Virus record (IMG/VR): IMGVR_UViG_3300032116_000089 | Span: 26,428 to 90,427 of that record | DNA: 64,000 nucleotides | Direction: 5' to 3' (one strand) | Origin: a virus | Shown here: positions 20,386-31,302 of the stretch, in pieces | How the letters are laid out: each line of letters opens with the position of its first letter | Position numbering within the stretch: the stretch's first letter is position 1 | Translations under genes and position numbers: made by a program | Notes under the pieces: generated by a model | The model's input: only the letters and a program-made list of their open reading frames with translations | Databases searched by the model: none | What the model was told of the DNA's origin: nothing

Positions 20386-23300
20386 CTATGGATCACAACA
20401 GCATGATGTGTCTACTGCGCTTATCCAAATTGGTCTATATTCTCTGTTTACTAAACCAGCAATGACATATGCGCCAGAATGTATGACAGATGTTATATCT
20501 CTATTGAATATAAATATTGTGCCAGAGTTTGCCCAATCATTGTCTTTAATAAGCATTACACCGCTGGTTTTGTTTCCATTTGTTGGAGCTTGCAATCCGC
20601 TTGGCATATATCCTTCTATAAACATAGTGCGGATTAAATTAATTCCGCTATTTCCTATAGATATACCACTATTTCCTAGATTGACTCCACTCTGAGCTAG
20701 ATTTGTGGCGTGAGTTATTCCACTAGAAGTATCAAGGGATGTGCCATCGCTAAACCTAATAGCTCCTCTTAGACGTAAATCGCCGTTAAGTTCAGCAAAC
20801 GGTCTTCCAGATGGATCTGGTGGAGTATAGTATGTTGTAGCATTCAACATCGGATTCTTAACGTGATCTAAAACTAATAAATCAGCAGATCCGCTAGCAC
20901 TAAATCTAAAACGTAAATTATTAGATGGATATAGTAAATTTGTTCCACTATTAATAACTTCAATTATATTAGTTTTTAGATGTAAGCTTTCTGTATCATT
21001 AGCATTATTGATATATAATCTTCCGCCACTTGGCATTATAAGTTTTTTATCAATGTTATTGGGACCAATAGTGCCACTAAATAATAACTTATCATTTAAA
21101 CCTAATAGGAATTGATAAGATCCACTCTCTGAACTTCCAATGTTATGACCAATAATGATGTTGCCACTAGTATTAGATAACGAAGGAGTCTTATTAAAAG
21201 AATAGTTTCCAAAGACTAAGTTATCATATGTAATATTAAGGCCACTAGCTGAGTTTTGACCAATAACTATATTATTGTTTCCAGAAGTTAGATTATATAG
21301 TGACTCATAACCAATTGAAGTGTTGCCAGACCCAGAGTGAATATTAAATAATGACTTATATCCATAGCTAGTATTGTACATTGTTTTTCTAGATATGTCT
21401 CTTCTTCCAGACGGAGACATGTATCCAGCATATGTATTCCCGCTTGGGTCAGTATAAACTGCTCTAGCATCTAAATTGTCTAGCTTATTAACAACTAAGT
21501 CAAAGTTATTGCCAGATGAATCTAAGTAAAACAATGAGTTATGTTGTCTAGCAAATTCTTTGTATGTATGAAGATTATATATCTTACCGTATCCGCTCGT
21601 TGGGGTTACGGAAGAAGTGCTAACAAATCTGTTATCTTTAAGACTAATGGCTGGAAGTGCTGGGCCACCACTGTATCCAACTGTAATCATTGCGTTGGTA
21701 TTGCCGCTAGATAGTATCCCTATTTGTTGAGAATTTTTTAATCTGGCAAAAATAATTTGTCCAGAATCTTTAAACATATTTATGTCAAGAACACCGCTTC
21801 GGCTTAAATAGGCAATCTCTGCGCCACTCAATTCGCAATTTAATGGGGCTAATAGTTGTATGGCAGATTTCTTGAATCCGTTGTTTTGAGATGTAAATCT
21901 TCCAATGCAATCAATTTGAGATCTAACATTTAAAATTGTATTCGGTAAGATACTTTCGGTAATTGATGGAATATTAGTTATTGAAAGAACAGAACCATTG
22001 TTATCATCCTTCATAAGAACTAGGCCATTGACGAACCTAGAAGTATCATTATATGATCCAATTACAAATCTATCTGTCAAATCACCTTGAACATCTAAAT
22101 CGGTATCATCTATATACTTTAATTCAAAACCACGAAGTTTATCTTTATTTTGATTAGCTATATCTTTGGTTCTTATCTTTGATCTACTCAAAAATCTCTG
22201 ACTGACATTTACTCCAGACTCTAAAGCAGAGACTGAGAAAACATAATCAGAAGTGTCGCCAGAATTAGATATAAAGTTGATGTTTCCAACACCAGCTAAA
22301 TGTCCGCTTGATGATCCGGGATTAACATTTAATACATTCTTACGAGAGATATATGTTATTCCACTATTAAAAAATAATCCAAAACAATCATTTTCACCAA
22401 ATGCTGATGGATTATAAGATACGATACTATTGGTTTTAATGTATCTATCGCTTGGTACTTGAAAATTTATGTTACTATACCATGTAGCATTATACTGATC
22501 GCTAAAGCAAGACATGCCTTCGGATGGTTGTCTGAATATTAGACTATATTGTTTGTTACTTGTAAGTGACTTAAGAAATAATCCACCACCATCTAGGCCA
22601 GAATCTGTAAATAGCGGTTCATTAGATGAGTTAACGCCAAGGTAAAGGTTTTTATTATTATATGTTTCAGTATCTACATTTATTAACCTACCTATGCTTG
22701 CTACATTATTTACAATTATGTTATCAAAATATCCAACTACCCATCTTCTAGATTGACTACCTAAAGAAAAATTACTACCTATTGATGGTAGAAAAGATCC
22801 GCTTAGAGATATGGCCAAAGAAGATTCTCTTAATAAGGTAACATTATTGTTAAATCTAATGCCACTGGATACATGAACATTTTGCCAAGGATAAAGTGCG
22901 TGTCCTAAATCAAAAGATCCGCTTCTAGATGGAGAAATATTGCCACTAACTTGCAGTGTTCCAAAATTATGAAGAGTTCTAGTTCCGACACCAAGTTGAA
23001 TTCCAGATAAGTCTCCATGCAATAAAGGAATCCAACCAGAGCCTAATGGATTGCTGCATATATGAGTATCATTTACTGGATGATAAGCTAAGAAAAACTT
23101 ATAGTTATCATCCTTAGCTACATAATAACCAGCACCATGACCGATAGCAATATTTCCAGTTCCTGACTTATTTTTGTTTAAAGCAAAGTTGCCCAAACCA
23201 ATGTTCAAATTACCAACGGTATTGCCAGCAAGGGCATGATAACCAAGACCAATATTGCCTTGACCGTATACGTTACAAGATAAAGAATTGGACCCTAAAG

Positions 23301-23601
23301 CTGTATTTTGAACCCCTTGATAATTAGCCTTTAACGCAAAATATCCTACAGCAGTATTATCTTGACTGTTAGCTCCCGGTACATATAAATACTCTATAGT
23401 AGATTGACCAACTCTAGTATTGCCAGAAGGAGATGTGGCTAGATTGAGCGCTCTTAATTCTGCATCAGCTGTTAAATTATGTACAGAATCGATAATATCA
23501 AGGAGATTGTGTCTAATATCATATGGAGATATTTCGCCACGCGCTTGATCGGATATCTCATTTGTAATATTACTAACAAGCTGGGACTTGCTTAATATCA
23601 T
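20386..23601 (-). CDS. Large virion structural protein with two NTAVG/NIAIG beta-roll repeat blocks
   Basis: 14-residue repeats (NTAVGYFAL, NTALGSNSL, NIGLGYHAL...) as in trimeric adhesin heads; located next to capsid genes. Confidence 0.7.
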   Translation of the reverse strand: MILSKSQLVSNITNEISDQARGEISPYDIRHNLLDIIDSVHNLTADAELRALNLATSPSGNTRVGQSTIEYLYVPGANSQDNTAVGYFALKANYQGVQNTALGSNSLSCNVYGQGNIGLGYHALAGNTVGNLNIGLGNFALNKNKSGTGNIAIGHGAGYYVAKDDNYKFFLAYHPVNDTHICSNPLGSGWIPLLHGDLSGIQLGVGTRTLHNFGTLQVSGNISPSRSGSFDLGHALYPWQNVHVSSGIRFNNNVTLLRESSLAISLSGSFLPSIGSNFSLGSQSRRWVVGYFDNIIVNNVASIGRLINVDTETYNNKNLYLGVNSSNEPLFTDSGLDGGGLFLKSLTSNKQYSLIFRQPSEGMSCFSDQYNATWYSNINFQVPSDRYIKTNSIVSYNPSAFGENDCFGLFFNSGITYISRKNVLNVNPGSSSGHLAGVGNINFISNSGDTSDYVFSVSALESGVNVSQRFLSRSKIRTKDIANQNKDKLRGFELKYIDDTDLDVQGDLTDRFVIGSYNDTSRFVNGLVLMKDDNNGSVLSITNIPSITESILPNTILNVRSQIDCIGRFTSQNNGFKKSAIQLLAPLNCELSGAEIAYLSRSGVLDINMFKDSGQIIFARLKNSQQIGILSSGNTNAMITVGYSGGPALPAISLKDNRFVSTSSVTPTSGYGKIYNLHTYKEFARQHNSLFYLDSSGNNFDLVVNKLDNLDARAVYTDPSGNTYAGYMSPSGRRDISRKTMYNTSYGYKSLFNIHSGSGNTSIGYESLYNLTSGNNNIVIGQNSASGLNITYDNLVFGNYSFNKTPSLSNTSGNIIIGHNIGSSESGSYQFLLGLNDKLLFSGTIGPNNIDKKLIMPSGGRLYINNANDTESLHLKTNIIEVINSGTNLLYPSNNLRFRFSASGSADLLVLDHVKNPMLNATTYYTPPDPSGRPFAELNGDLRLRGAIRFSDGTSLDTSSGITHATNLAQSGVNLGNSGISIGNSGINLIRTMFIEGYMPSGLQAPTNGNKTSGVMLIKDNDWANSGTIFIFNRDITSVIHSGAYVIAGLVNREYRPIWISAVDTSCCCDP

Positions 23602-23616
23602 GTTAAGTTCCAGTAA

Positions 23617-24321
23617 CTATTTTAGGCTGATTTCTAGCGAATTAGCATCAAATCTTATATTGTCTCCAAGATAAACATAGCGTGGATTAGTTAGTTTAGC
23701 ATACATCAATAAATTACCAGAGCCAACGGTTGGATGATCTACCACAGCTATTCCAGAAACCCAACCCCATTCAGTTAAGGCTGTATTGAAGACAATTTGA
23801 TTTTTGTTTCTAATAAAACCATTACCCTCATAATCTGGATAATTAGATTTGACATATACTCCAGAATTAAACATCCCAACATTTCCACTTGGCGCAAAAA
23901 ATGAAACAGATGGAAATTCTTTAAAAGTATATGTAATATTTTCTCCGGGTCCACCATTGGCTGTAGAGTAACTATTTGCAGCCGTGGTAGATAGAAATAT
24001 AGGATAAAAATATGCTAGTGTTCCGCTGGTAGTTGAGCCATATACACTATAAGCAGTTGTGGAATCTACCCCAACAGAATTCCAAGAATTGTCACCATTT
24101 GTGGCTGGAGAACCCAAGCTTATTCTTTGATAATTAGTTGTAACAAAGTTAAGGCCATTTTGTACACCAGATGGTAATTCTGGAATAGAGCTTCCAGTAT
24201 CAGAATCTAACGGTACTCCACTTGTTAAAGCAATACAAATTGTAGATGGTCTTGAGAAAGCGGAGTTTCGGAAGAGATGACTCAATAGACCAGACTCAAG
24301 ATAATCCGATAATGCGGCCAT
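23617..24321 (-). CDS. Virion structural protein
   Basis: SDYLE..LL.HLFR...WGWVSGIAVVD...GNLL motif of small phage structural proteins. Confidence 0.6.
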   Translation of the reverse strand: MAALSDYLESGLLSHLFRNSAFSRPSTICIALTSGVPLDSDTGSSIPELPSGVQNGLNFVTTNYQRISLGSPATNGDNSWNSVGVDSTTAYSVYGSTTSGTLAYFYPIFLSTTAANSYSTANGGPGENITYTFKEFPSVSFFAPSGNVGMFNSGVYVKSNYPDYEGNGFIRNKNQIVFNTALTEWGWVSGIAVVDHPTVGSGNLLMYAKLTNPRYVYLGDNIRFDANSLEISLK

Positions 24322-24372
24322 ATTATTCTCCTATTATGTCCTTTGAATAACGTTATCTAATGTATTATACAC

Positions 24373-24407
24373 AAAAAAGCCACCCCCAATCGCTTGAGGA
24401 TGGCTTT
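24373..24407 (-). terminator. Rho-independent terminator after the major capsid gene
   Basis: Minus strand AAAGCCATCCTC-loop-GGGGGTGGCTTT followed by a T run. Confidence 0.8.
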
Positions 24408-24433
24408 AATGTGATGGATATTTCTAAATTATA

Positions 24434-25441
24434 TCAGAAAGAACCGAGAACGATTCTGCGATTATCTAGAACACCAAAGCCAAGTTCAGCCCATCCGTAG
24501 TAGCCAGCGCGTTGCTGACGATGTAGGGTGGGATCTTCGAATACCTGTAGCTGTTGCTTGACGGGCATTACGAAACTATCATTCATGGACTGATCAAGAC
24601 CAACAACAAGTTCAACGTCGCTTGCCTGTACAGCACCGCCAAGATCGCTAGTGAAGAAGTTCTGGTACTGTTGACCTTCGCCTAGTTCGTCTAGGTCATG
24701 GAGGTTAACACCAAAGATTCTTGTCACAACGGATGCGTCTGGAGCGGCATTGTAGATTTCACGACGGGTAACGTCATCAATCTGGTCTAGACCCCAGTTA
24801 CGAATATCTTCTAAAGCTTCTGGCGATAGATAGATATCTGTTAAGCGGCCACGACCAACTGACGCGGAGTTACCGCCAGAATTTCTACGCATGACTGTCT
24901 GCATGAGTGATACTAATCTCTTTGAGAATAGACCAGCTGTTGCATCAGCATCATAGACGAGGATGTTACGATCAACGCCAGCGGCTAGAATGGTGTGCCA
25001 GCCGTCATCGTTCATCTTCTTAGTGAAACCAGCTTCCATAACCTGCATGGCACGACCAACGATATCCCATCTGGCTTCGCGGGCAAAGCGAAGTAGATAG
25101 TCAACCGATGATGCGATTGTGTAGGTTGGAATCATTACGTAGTCGCCTTCGACTGAACGCTCTGGGATTCTACCGTGACCGGGATTGGTGTAAGCGACAT
25201 GCTCACCTTCAAGGCCGGGGGAGATAAGATCTAGAGGAAATTCAGTTGTTGAACCGGCTTCCACGTTAACGGTTTCGAAAATATTACCGAGGATATTACC
25301 AACTAAAACGCCCTTACGTAAGGGAAGTTCTAGAGCTTTGGCAAACTCACGTTGAGCAGCCATTGCTACATTGATATCGGCATCCCCTGACTTGCGTAGG
25401 AGGGCGATAAAGTCATCGCTAGGTCTTTCAGTTATTGGCAT
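24434..25441 (-). CDS. Major capsid protein (HK97 fold)
   Basis: 335 aa after protease and decoration genes; optimised codons; C-terminal GYYGWAELGFGVLDNRRIV; followed by terminator. Confidence 0.85.
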   Translation of the reverse strand: MPITERPSDDFIALLRKSGDADINVAMAAQREFAKALELPLRKGVLVGNILGNIFETVNVEAGSTTEFPLDLISPGLEGEHVAYTNPGHGRIPERSVEGDYVMIPTYTIASSVDYLLRFAREARWDIVGRAMQVMEAGFTKKMNDDGWHTILAAGVDRNILVYDADATAGLFSKRLVSLMQTVMRRNSGGNSASVGRGRLTDIYLSPEALEDIRNWGLDQIDDVTRREIYNAAPDASVVTRIFGVNLHDLDELGEGQQYQNFFTSDLGGAVQASDVELVVGLDQSMNDSFVMPVKQQLQVFEDPTLHRQQRAGYYGWAELGFGVLDNRRIVLGSF

Positions 25442-25469
25442 GTTTAATTCTCCTTTTATTTTATTATAC

Positions 25470-25937
25470 TCAGGGGAGGTTGACTTCTACTTTGGCATAG
25501 CCATCGGCATCCTTACTGGTAAGGAAACGACCGACAACTAAACCACCAGAACTGCCGGGACTGTCGCCACGAACATTGCCAGCATTTACGTGGCAAGCAT
25601 AGGCTAATGAGCCAGCACTTGGTGAACCGGTGACGTTGTTTGTTACGACATAACCCTTGCGGAGTACTGTCACTTTGCCACCCTTCTGCACTTCATCCTT
25701 ATACTGGTTGAGGTGAGTACGGGTTAGATCCTTATTTACTACGTCGTTTAATAGAATACCAACTGGAACATTGGTGCCACTTACGGCGGCATACTTCACA
25801 AGGTTAACACCTTGATCCATAGCTGCACCAGAACCAGCGGTATCATGAACAACTACACCACCGCGAGTTGCAGTACCGGCGTTGTAGAAGAAACTGATAT
25901 CAGTCTGAAGCTCGTATCTATCTGCTTTTAGGGCCAT
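25470..25937 (-). CDS. Capsid decoration/cement protein
   Basis: 155 aa between scaffold and MCP; PVGILLNDVV...GRFL..KDADG motif. Confidence 0.7.
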   Translation of the reverse strand: MALKADRYELQTDISFFYNAGTATRGGVVVHDTAGSGAAMDQGVNLVKYAAVSGTNVPVGILLNDVVNKDLTRTHLNQYKDEVQKGGKVTVLRKGYVVTNNVTGSPSAGSLAYACHVNAGNVRGDSPGSSGGLVVGRFLTSKDADGYAKVEVNLP

Positions 25938-25954
25938 AGTTTTTCTCCTTTATA

Positions 25955-27358
25955 TCACTTACGTAAAACGTTATTTGTTAGCCACTCTGCCACACTAGCT
26001 CTTGTGGCTTCTATTTCATCGCTAGCATCAGAAGCATCTACGAGAGTGGCTTCTGTTGTTTTTACTTCTTCAAAAATAGCAGCAGTTGATTCTTCAGCTA
26101 CTTCTGTTTTCTCTTCTGCGACAACTTCAGTTTCTGAAGCCATTTCCTTCTTTTCTTCTTTCATCATCTTATCCTTCATGGCTCCCCACTTTTTCTTCAT
26201 GGCAGCAACAACTGCTTCGAAGGCTTCGTCGCTAAGAGCATCATATAAAGAAAGTGATTCATCGGCTTCCGAATCTTCAAAGCCAGCCATGACTAGCTTT
26301 TCTTTTCGGCTACGATCTTTTTCTTTCTTCTTCATGTCTTTCATTTCTTTATCCATTGCTGCTAAATCCTTTTGTAGATTAGCAATTGTTTCTTCTAAAG
26401 TTGTTACCTTAGAAGCATAAGCTTGAATTTCTGTTTCTTTAGCGACTAATGAAGCCTCTAATTCTGAAACATTGTTTTCTACTTGTACTTCTGTAGCTTC
26501 AACCTTTGCAGCTTCTTCTACAACTGGTGCAGTTTCTAGCTGCTTCTCTTCATTATTATCTGACATATTCACTTCTCCTTCTGAAACGTTGGAAATAGTT
26601 TGTTGTTCATCAACAGAGAAAGCCTTGCTAGAATCAAGAATGATACTTCTGGGATTTGCTGGTCTAGATACTAAACCTTTACCAGAAAAAGAAATATCTC
26701 TTAATAATCTACCAATTTGATAGCCTTCATATTCTCCGGTTCCGCCATAAGCCCTTAAATGCTTGGTTAAAAATGCCGAGTCTTCATTTCTGGCAACTAC
26801 TTTACTTTTACCAGCATTATCTTTTACGGCATAGTCAAAACCAGCAAATAAACATTCCATTGAAACGAACCACTTACCTTGTTCTATCTCTGATATGATT
26901 TTTTGCATCCTCTCTCTGTTCTCTGGATTTGTCCAACTGTTATAAATAACGGCTTCGGTTACAATGTCGAATTCATATGGTGTTTCAGAGTCTTCTGCGC
27001 TGACTTTGTTACCATCTCTATCAACAACATAACATCCAGTGATGTGTCCTATTATATCGTTTTCATTATGCATTAAATTAAATTGTTTGTCTTCTGGAGT
27101 ACTACGAGCCGCCCAAGTTTGGTTCGGATCGAAAACGTCATCGTTTTTATTCCATCCAGTAGAAACTAATATCGATTTAAGATAGTATAAATCTATTTGA
27201 TTTGGATTGCTAGATGCTTTTACTTTATCTAACAAAAGTTGAACAGCATCTGATTCTGTTTTGTTGCTAAGAACGGCAGCTGAACAATAAGCTATAGTCG
27301 TGTCATTTTTAACACGTTCTGATACTCCGTCAGCGATTTCTTGTGCATATATTTTCAT
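25955..27358 (-). CDS. Prohead maturation protease fused to scaffold
   Basis: N-terminal NxNxD, His, VSMEC and FSGKGLVSRPANP motifs; C-terminal acidic coiled coil; ATG at 27358 (the GTG at 27394 lies in the promoter motif). Confidence 0.8.
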   Translation of the reverse strand: MKIYAQEIADGVSERVKNDTTIAYCSAAVLSNKTESDAVQLLLDKVKASSNPNQIDLYYLKSILVSTGWNKNDDVFDPNQTWAARSTPEDKQFNLMHNENDIIGHITGCYVVDRDGNKVSAEDSETPYEFDIVTEAVIYNSWTNPENRERMQKIISEIEQGKWFVSMECLFAGFDYAVKDNAGKSKVVARNEDSAFLTKHLRAYGGTGEYEGYQIGRLLRDISFSGKGLVSRPANPRSIILDSSKAFSVDEQQTISNVSEGEVNMSDNNEEKQLETAPVVEEAAKVEATEVQVENNVSELEASLVAKETEIQAYASKVTTLEETIANLQKDLAAMDKEMKDMKKKEKDRSRKEKLVMAGFEDSEADESLSLYDALSDEAFEAVVAAMKKKWGAMKDKMMKEEKKEMASETEVVAEEKTEVAEESTAAIFEEVKTTEATLVDASDASDEIEATRASVAEWLTNNVLRK

Positions 27359-27454
27359 ATTTTCCTCATGGTGTCTCTCACAGATAATATACACAAAAAC
27401 ATAGTAAGTTTAGCGAATTGGTATATGTATGATAGACAAAATAAAAGTAATTTA

Positions 27455-27823
27455 TTATTCAATTGGCGATGAGGTTGTGGTTATAGGTTCTTGAGTCGTA
27501 GTTGTGGGGGTAGATATGGTAACGGTTCCATCGTCGTTCATAGTAAATTGACCAATTAAGCTTAATCCATTAGATATTGCTTCTGGTTTAACTGAAGCTA
27601 TAAGTTGACCCAAAGCGTAATGTAACTCAAAAACCTCTTTAGCATCTGATCCTAATGCTGATGCGATTTGAGTCGGAGTTGCTCTGGGATTATTCCAAAA
27701 ATTGCTAGATCCAGCATTGAAAGCGTTCTTCATCATAAAAAACGTTTGCTTTGTGGACAGTTTGAGATTATTTGCGACAGATTGTGCGGGATCTGGCGCT
27801 GGTGTGGAATCTAGTATGCTCAT
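27455..27823 (-). CDS. Hypothetical protein with Thr-rich tail
   Basis: ORF in the fibre operon. Confidence 0.6.
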   Translation of the reverse strand: MSILDSTPAPDPAQSVANNLKLSTKQTFFMMKNAFNAGSSNFWNNPRATPTQIASALGSDAKEVFELHYALGQLIASVKPEAISNGLSLIGQFTMNDDGTVTISTPTTTTQEPITTTSSPIE

Positions 27824-28002
27824 ATAGTTTCTCCATTATTTAAATTAAGCGATTGTAAATAGTTATCAGCAACAACATTTACTTCTTCTTGTGTTGGATA
27901 GTGGTCAAATTTGAAAAACTGAGTCGAGTTTTCATCGATAACTACTCGCACCCTGTATTTATTTGCAGGATCAAGAAAAACTTCAGTAATAGTATAATTC
28001 AT
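27820..28002 (-). CDS. Small hypothetical protein
   Basis: Coupled ORF with RBS. Confidence 0.55.
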   Translation of the reverse strand: MNYTITEVFLDPANKYRVRVVIDENSTQFFKFDHYPTQEEVNVVADNYLQSLNLNNGETI

Positions 28003-28010
28003 TTTTCACC

Positions 28011-31000
28011 TTATGCTTGTATTATTGTAAGATCATCAACATACCCGGTAAATGTAGTTCCGCCCCAGCACTCTACTAGTATTTCAACAACGCCCGATTC
28101 TGTTGGAGTAAAGTTCAGAGTCACTTGTTCCCATGTGTCAGCAGCAGCAGTCATATAGCTAATTACATCGTTAGTTACACCAGCTATTTGTCCACCCTTA
28201 ACTCTTAATCTAAAAGTTAATCCTGTACTTGTGCGTCTCATCCATGCCTTAATTGTAACTATACTATTAGCACTAACGGCAACTTTAGCAATAGAGAAAT
28301 CCAATGGATAGGTTTCTCTTCTATAGTCACTGGTTGAAGATATGCTCCAAGCAAACCCAGTATTGCTGTATCTAACACTAGTTTGTGGTCTTACAACACC
28401 ACCATCTGTATAGATATAGTGATTATTAGCAACTCCATCTAAATTCATACTATATATTCTAGCATTAGAGGCTGTATATATTCCAAACTCCGCAGACTCT
28501 AATACTGTGCAATTATTAAGAAACATGTCGCCAGCAAAACTATAGAATGCATTGCCTATATTTCCAGAAGTTAAACAATTAGTAAATGTTTCATTAAATC
28601 CACCGTGACCGGCCCTATATCCATCATTTTGATTATTCATAAAATTACAATTATTCCAAACATTATTTGCTCCACCACCAGCATTTGTAGTAATTCCAAA
28701 AGAGCCATTGTTATTCCAGTAGCAATTGTTAAAAGTTACATGATTTCCATTTCCAAAATCCATTCCTCTTAAAGTATTGCTCAAAAAATAACAATTAGTG
28801 AATTTATGAAAATTAAATCCAAAGTCTGTTGCCATTCCAATCTGATTACAATTCATAAAAACATTTTCAAATTTACAATTTTGAGATGCGGTTGGAACTT
28901 GAAAATGATTGGTACATGATATAACATAAAAGTTACGAACATTACAGAAGAATGAATTTTGCATCCATACTCTATCATACCTAATAAATCCCATCCTATT
29001 AAAACCATTACCAGATTTACTGCTTATATTTAATCCATAACCAAGGCTGTTTTGACCATCAAAAAAAGTAACTCCACTTTGAGTAGTCATATTAGTTCTA
29101 TCAAAGCCACCCTCAAAAACAATATTGGGAGTAAAATGACTTGCTCCGTCATTGATCAAATGAACATTATTACTAGCCGCTGATTGAACTGGTGTTTTTA
29201 TAGTTTCTCTTTTAAATGTATTTATGGTTTCTGTTGTTCCATAGTATCCTTTTGAAAAGTTTCCCTGAGTACTAACAGCTGGACTTGTGGATAGTCTTCC
29301 GTCTATAATTACTCTGGTTCCAACAATACTTTGTATTGGATACCACGTTTCATTAGTAGTATTTTTTCCAATTAGTGATGTTAAGTTTAATGAATCTGCA
29401 CTTGAATTAGCTTTACAGGCTATAATATTGCTTAATAAAACAGTTTGCGCCCCAAAATTATTACTACGATATAAAGCTACACTTTGAATGCTGTTTCCTA
29501 AATTAGTACCAAGATCAACAGTAAAAACATGCCATGTATTTAACGCTCCCAAGGCAGGAATATTGAAAGTATTAACCGCTGTAACACCAGCGTTATCGCT
29601 ACATAATCTAAGTTGTAATCCGAAATTAGCAGTCGATCCAGCCGTTTGGTATATAAAAAAGCTTAGTTGTTGATAGCCACTCAAGTCTTTGGTCGAGAAT
29701 GATTTATATGCCATTAAGCCAGTTGTAAAAGAAGCATTCGCTGCTATCTGATCGCTAACATTTCCTTGTTTTGTAGTAGTCGATGTTGTTGCTGTTATGT
29801 TTGTGCTTGCTGTCCAAGCTGTGCGACCTTCTCCAACATTGCCATGACTAGCAATATTCTCTGTTAAAGCAGATGCTAGTCTAACAACACAATTGGTTGC
29901 TTTTCTCGATGTGCCAGATGCCCCACCAACACCATTGCCAGTCGATCCAGTAAGAGTAAATGTAGTAGATCCAGTAACTGTTATTTCCCATGTTCCATTA
30001 GCATTAGTATTTGTAGCATGGTCACAAATAAATACAGTATCTCCTGTTGAGTACGCATGAGCAGATGAGGTTGTTATGGCTATCGGAGTTGCATTAGTAG
30101 ATGATGCTATAGCAATTGTTGGGAAAGATCCTGTACCACTCCAAGTAGCATTTCCTATGCTTGTTGGATCTGGACTAGCTTCAACTCTTATAATATCACA
30201 AGAATGAGTTCTAAGTGCTGTTAGTCCGTTTGTGAATGTTTGTATTCTTCCGCCTATAAAATATTGACGCGCACTAGTATTTGCCAACGCTGTACCAGAA
30301 ACAATAGCATATAGTGTTAAATTTGTACTATTTACTCTTGCTATTATATGGTAGTAAGCATATATGCTTCCATTAAAAATACTTAAGATTTGTCCGGGGG
30401 GGTTTTCGTATGTCGTAACAGAAGCTGAAGCCTCTATTTGAATCCCAGTAAAATATATTCCCTTTGTTGCGTTTCCAAAATAGCTCATATTGACTAAATC
30501 TAATCCGGTATAGCTATCTTCGGCCATACAAAAAGAAAATATATCGCTAGAAGCATTAGCGGAAGACGTTACTGTTATGCTTAGTCTATACCAGCCTCCC
30601 CCGATATTGCTTATTGCAGAAGTGGCACCGGCCCCTGTTTGTTCCACAGTGCCGTTAGAAAGATTAAATCTTGCTGTTTTTGTAGTATCATTTGTCCATT
30701 GTAAAATAACTTTATTTCTTCCTGCGCTTCTAACATATACTGAGGCCGTATATTGAGTACTGTTAGCAATAGTAATAACACCGGCCTGTGTTCTAGCAAA
30801 ATGGCTGGTGAGATTTGGATATTCTTGCAAATAATAAATATAAGAATTAATACCAGTTGGTCCGGTTATAGTTTCATCAACATAATAGTCCAAACTTAAT
30901 AATCTGCATCCATTATAAGTTCCGTAACCTTGCCAGAAATTAGTGTGCCAACAAATATTTTTAAGAGGAGCTATGGTGTTATCGTTGGGAAAATTTGCTG

Positions 31001-31118
31001 TGGCTGAACTAAAAGTTGAAGATGTTATTGCTCCATCGCTGCCAGAAGCCAAAAGAGCGAAACTAGTTCCACTATGGTTGTCGTTTCCATTTTCATAATC
31101 TAAATAAAATGTTGTCAT
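28011..31118 (-). CDS. Spike/fibre protein with carbohydrate-binding-like domains and a right-handed beta-helix (depolymerase-like)
   Basis: Asn/Cys ladder repeats (FTNCYFLSN, FNNCYWNNN, WNNCNFMNN); GGGWYRLSIT and WEQVTLNFTP CBM-like motifs. Confidence 0.7.
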   Translation of the reverse strand: MTTFYLDYENGNDNHSGTSFALLASGSDGAITSSTFSSATANFPNDNTIAPLKNICWHTNFWQGYGTYNGCRLLSLDYYVDETITGPTGINSYIYYLQEYPNLTSHFARTQAGVITIANSTQYTASVYVRSAGRNKVILQWTNDTTKTARFNLSNGTVEQTGAGATSAISNIGGGWYRLSITVTSSANASSDIFSFCMAEDSYTGLDLVNMSYFGNATKGIYFTGIQIEASASVTTYENPPGQILSIFNGSIYAYYHIIARVNSTNLTLYAIVSGTALANTSARQYFIGGRIQTFTNGLTALRTHSCDIIRVEASPDPTSIGNATWSGTGSFPTIAIASSTNATPIAITTSSAHAYSTGDTVFICDHATNTNANGTWEITVTGSTTFTLTGSTGNGVGGASGTSRKATNCVVRLASALTENIASHGNVGEGRTAWTASTNITATTSTTTKQGNVSDQIAANASFTTGLMAYKSFSTKDLSGYQQLSFFIYQTAGSTANFGLQLRLCSDNAGVTAVNTFNIPALGALNTWHVFTVDLGTNLGNSIQSVALYRSNNFGAQTVLLSNIIACKANSSADSLNLTSLIGKNTTNETWYPIQSIVGTRVIIDGRLSTSPAVSTQGNFSKGYYGTTETINTFKRETIKTPVQSAASNNVHLINDGASHFTPNIVFEGGFDRTNMTTQSGVTFFDGQNSLGYGLNISSKSGNGFNRMGFIRYDRVWMQNSFFCNVRNFYVISCTNHFQVPTASQNCKFENVFMNCNQIGMATDFGFNFHKFTNCYFLSNTLRGMDFGNGNHVTFNNCYWNNNGSFGITTNAGGGANNVWNNCNFMNNQNDGYRAGHGGFNETFTNCLTSGNIGNAFYSFAGDMFLNNCTVLESAEFGIYTASNARIYSMNLDGVANNHYIYTDGGVVRPQTSVRYSNTGFAWSISSTSDYRRETYPLDFSIAKVAVSANSIVTIKAWMRRTSTGLTFRLRVKGGQIAGVTNDVISYMTAAADTWEQVTLNFTPTESGVVEILVECWGGTTFTGYVDDLTIIQA

Positions 31119-31297
31119 CCTTTAGCTCCTAAGAATGGTTGTGCTTTATATACAACATCCATATTTCTAGTTTCTTGATTTTTAGTTACAACTTGTACAA
31201 ATGGTTGAGCCTTATACACAGTATCCATAGACTCAAGTTGAGTTTTAGTTAATAGCCTATTTGGACCTTTTAACAAATTTACTCGTTTATTAAACAT
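31115..31297 (-). CDS. Small protein with duplicated MDxVYKAQPF motif
   Basis: Internal repeat; fills the gap between fibre genes. Confidence 0.55.
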   Translation of the reverse strand: MFNKRVNLLKGPNRLLTKTQLESMDTVYKAQPFVQVVTKNQETRNMDVVYKAQPFLGAKG

Positions 31298-31302
31298 AAT
31301 TA

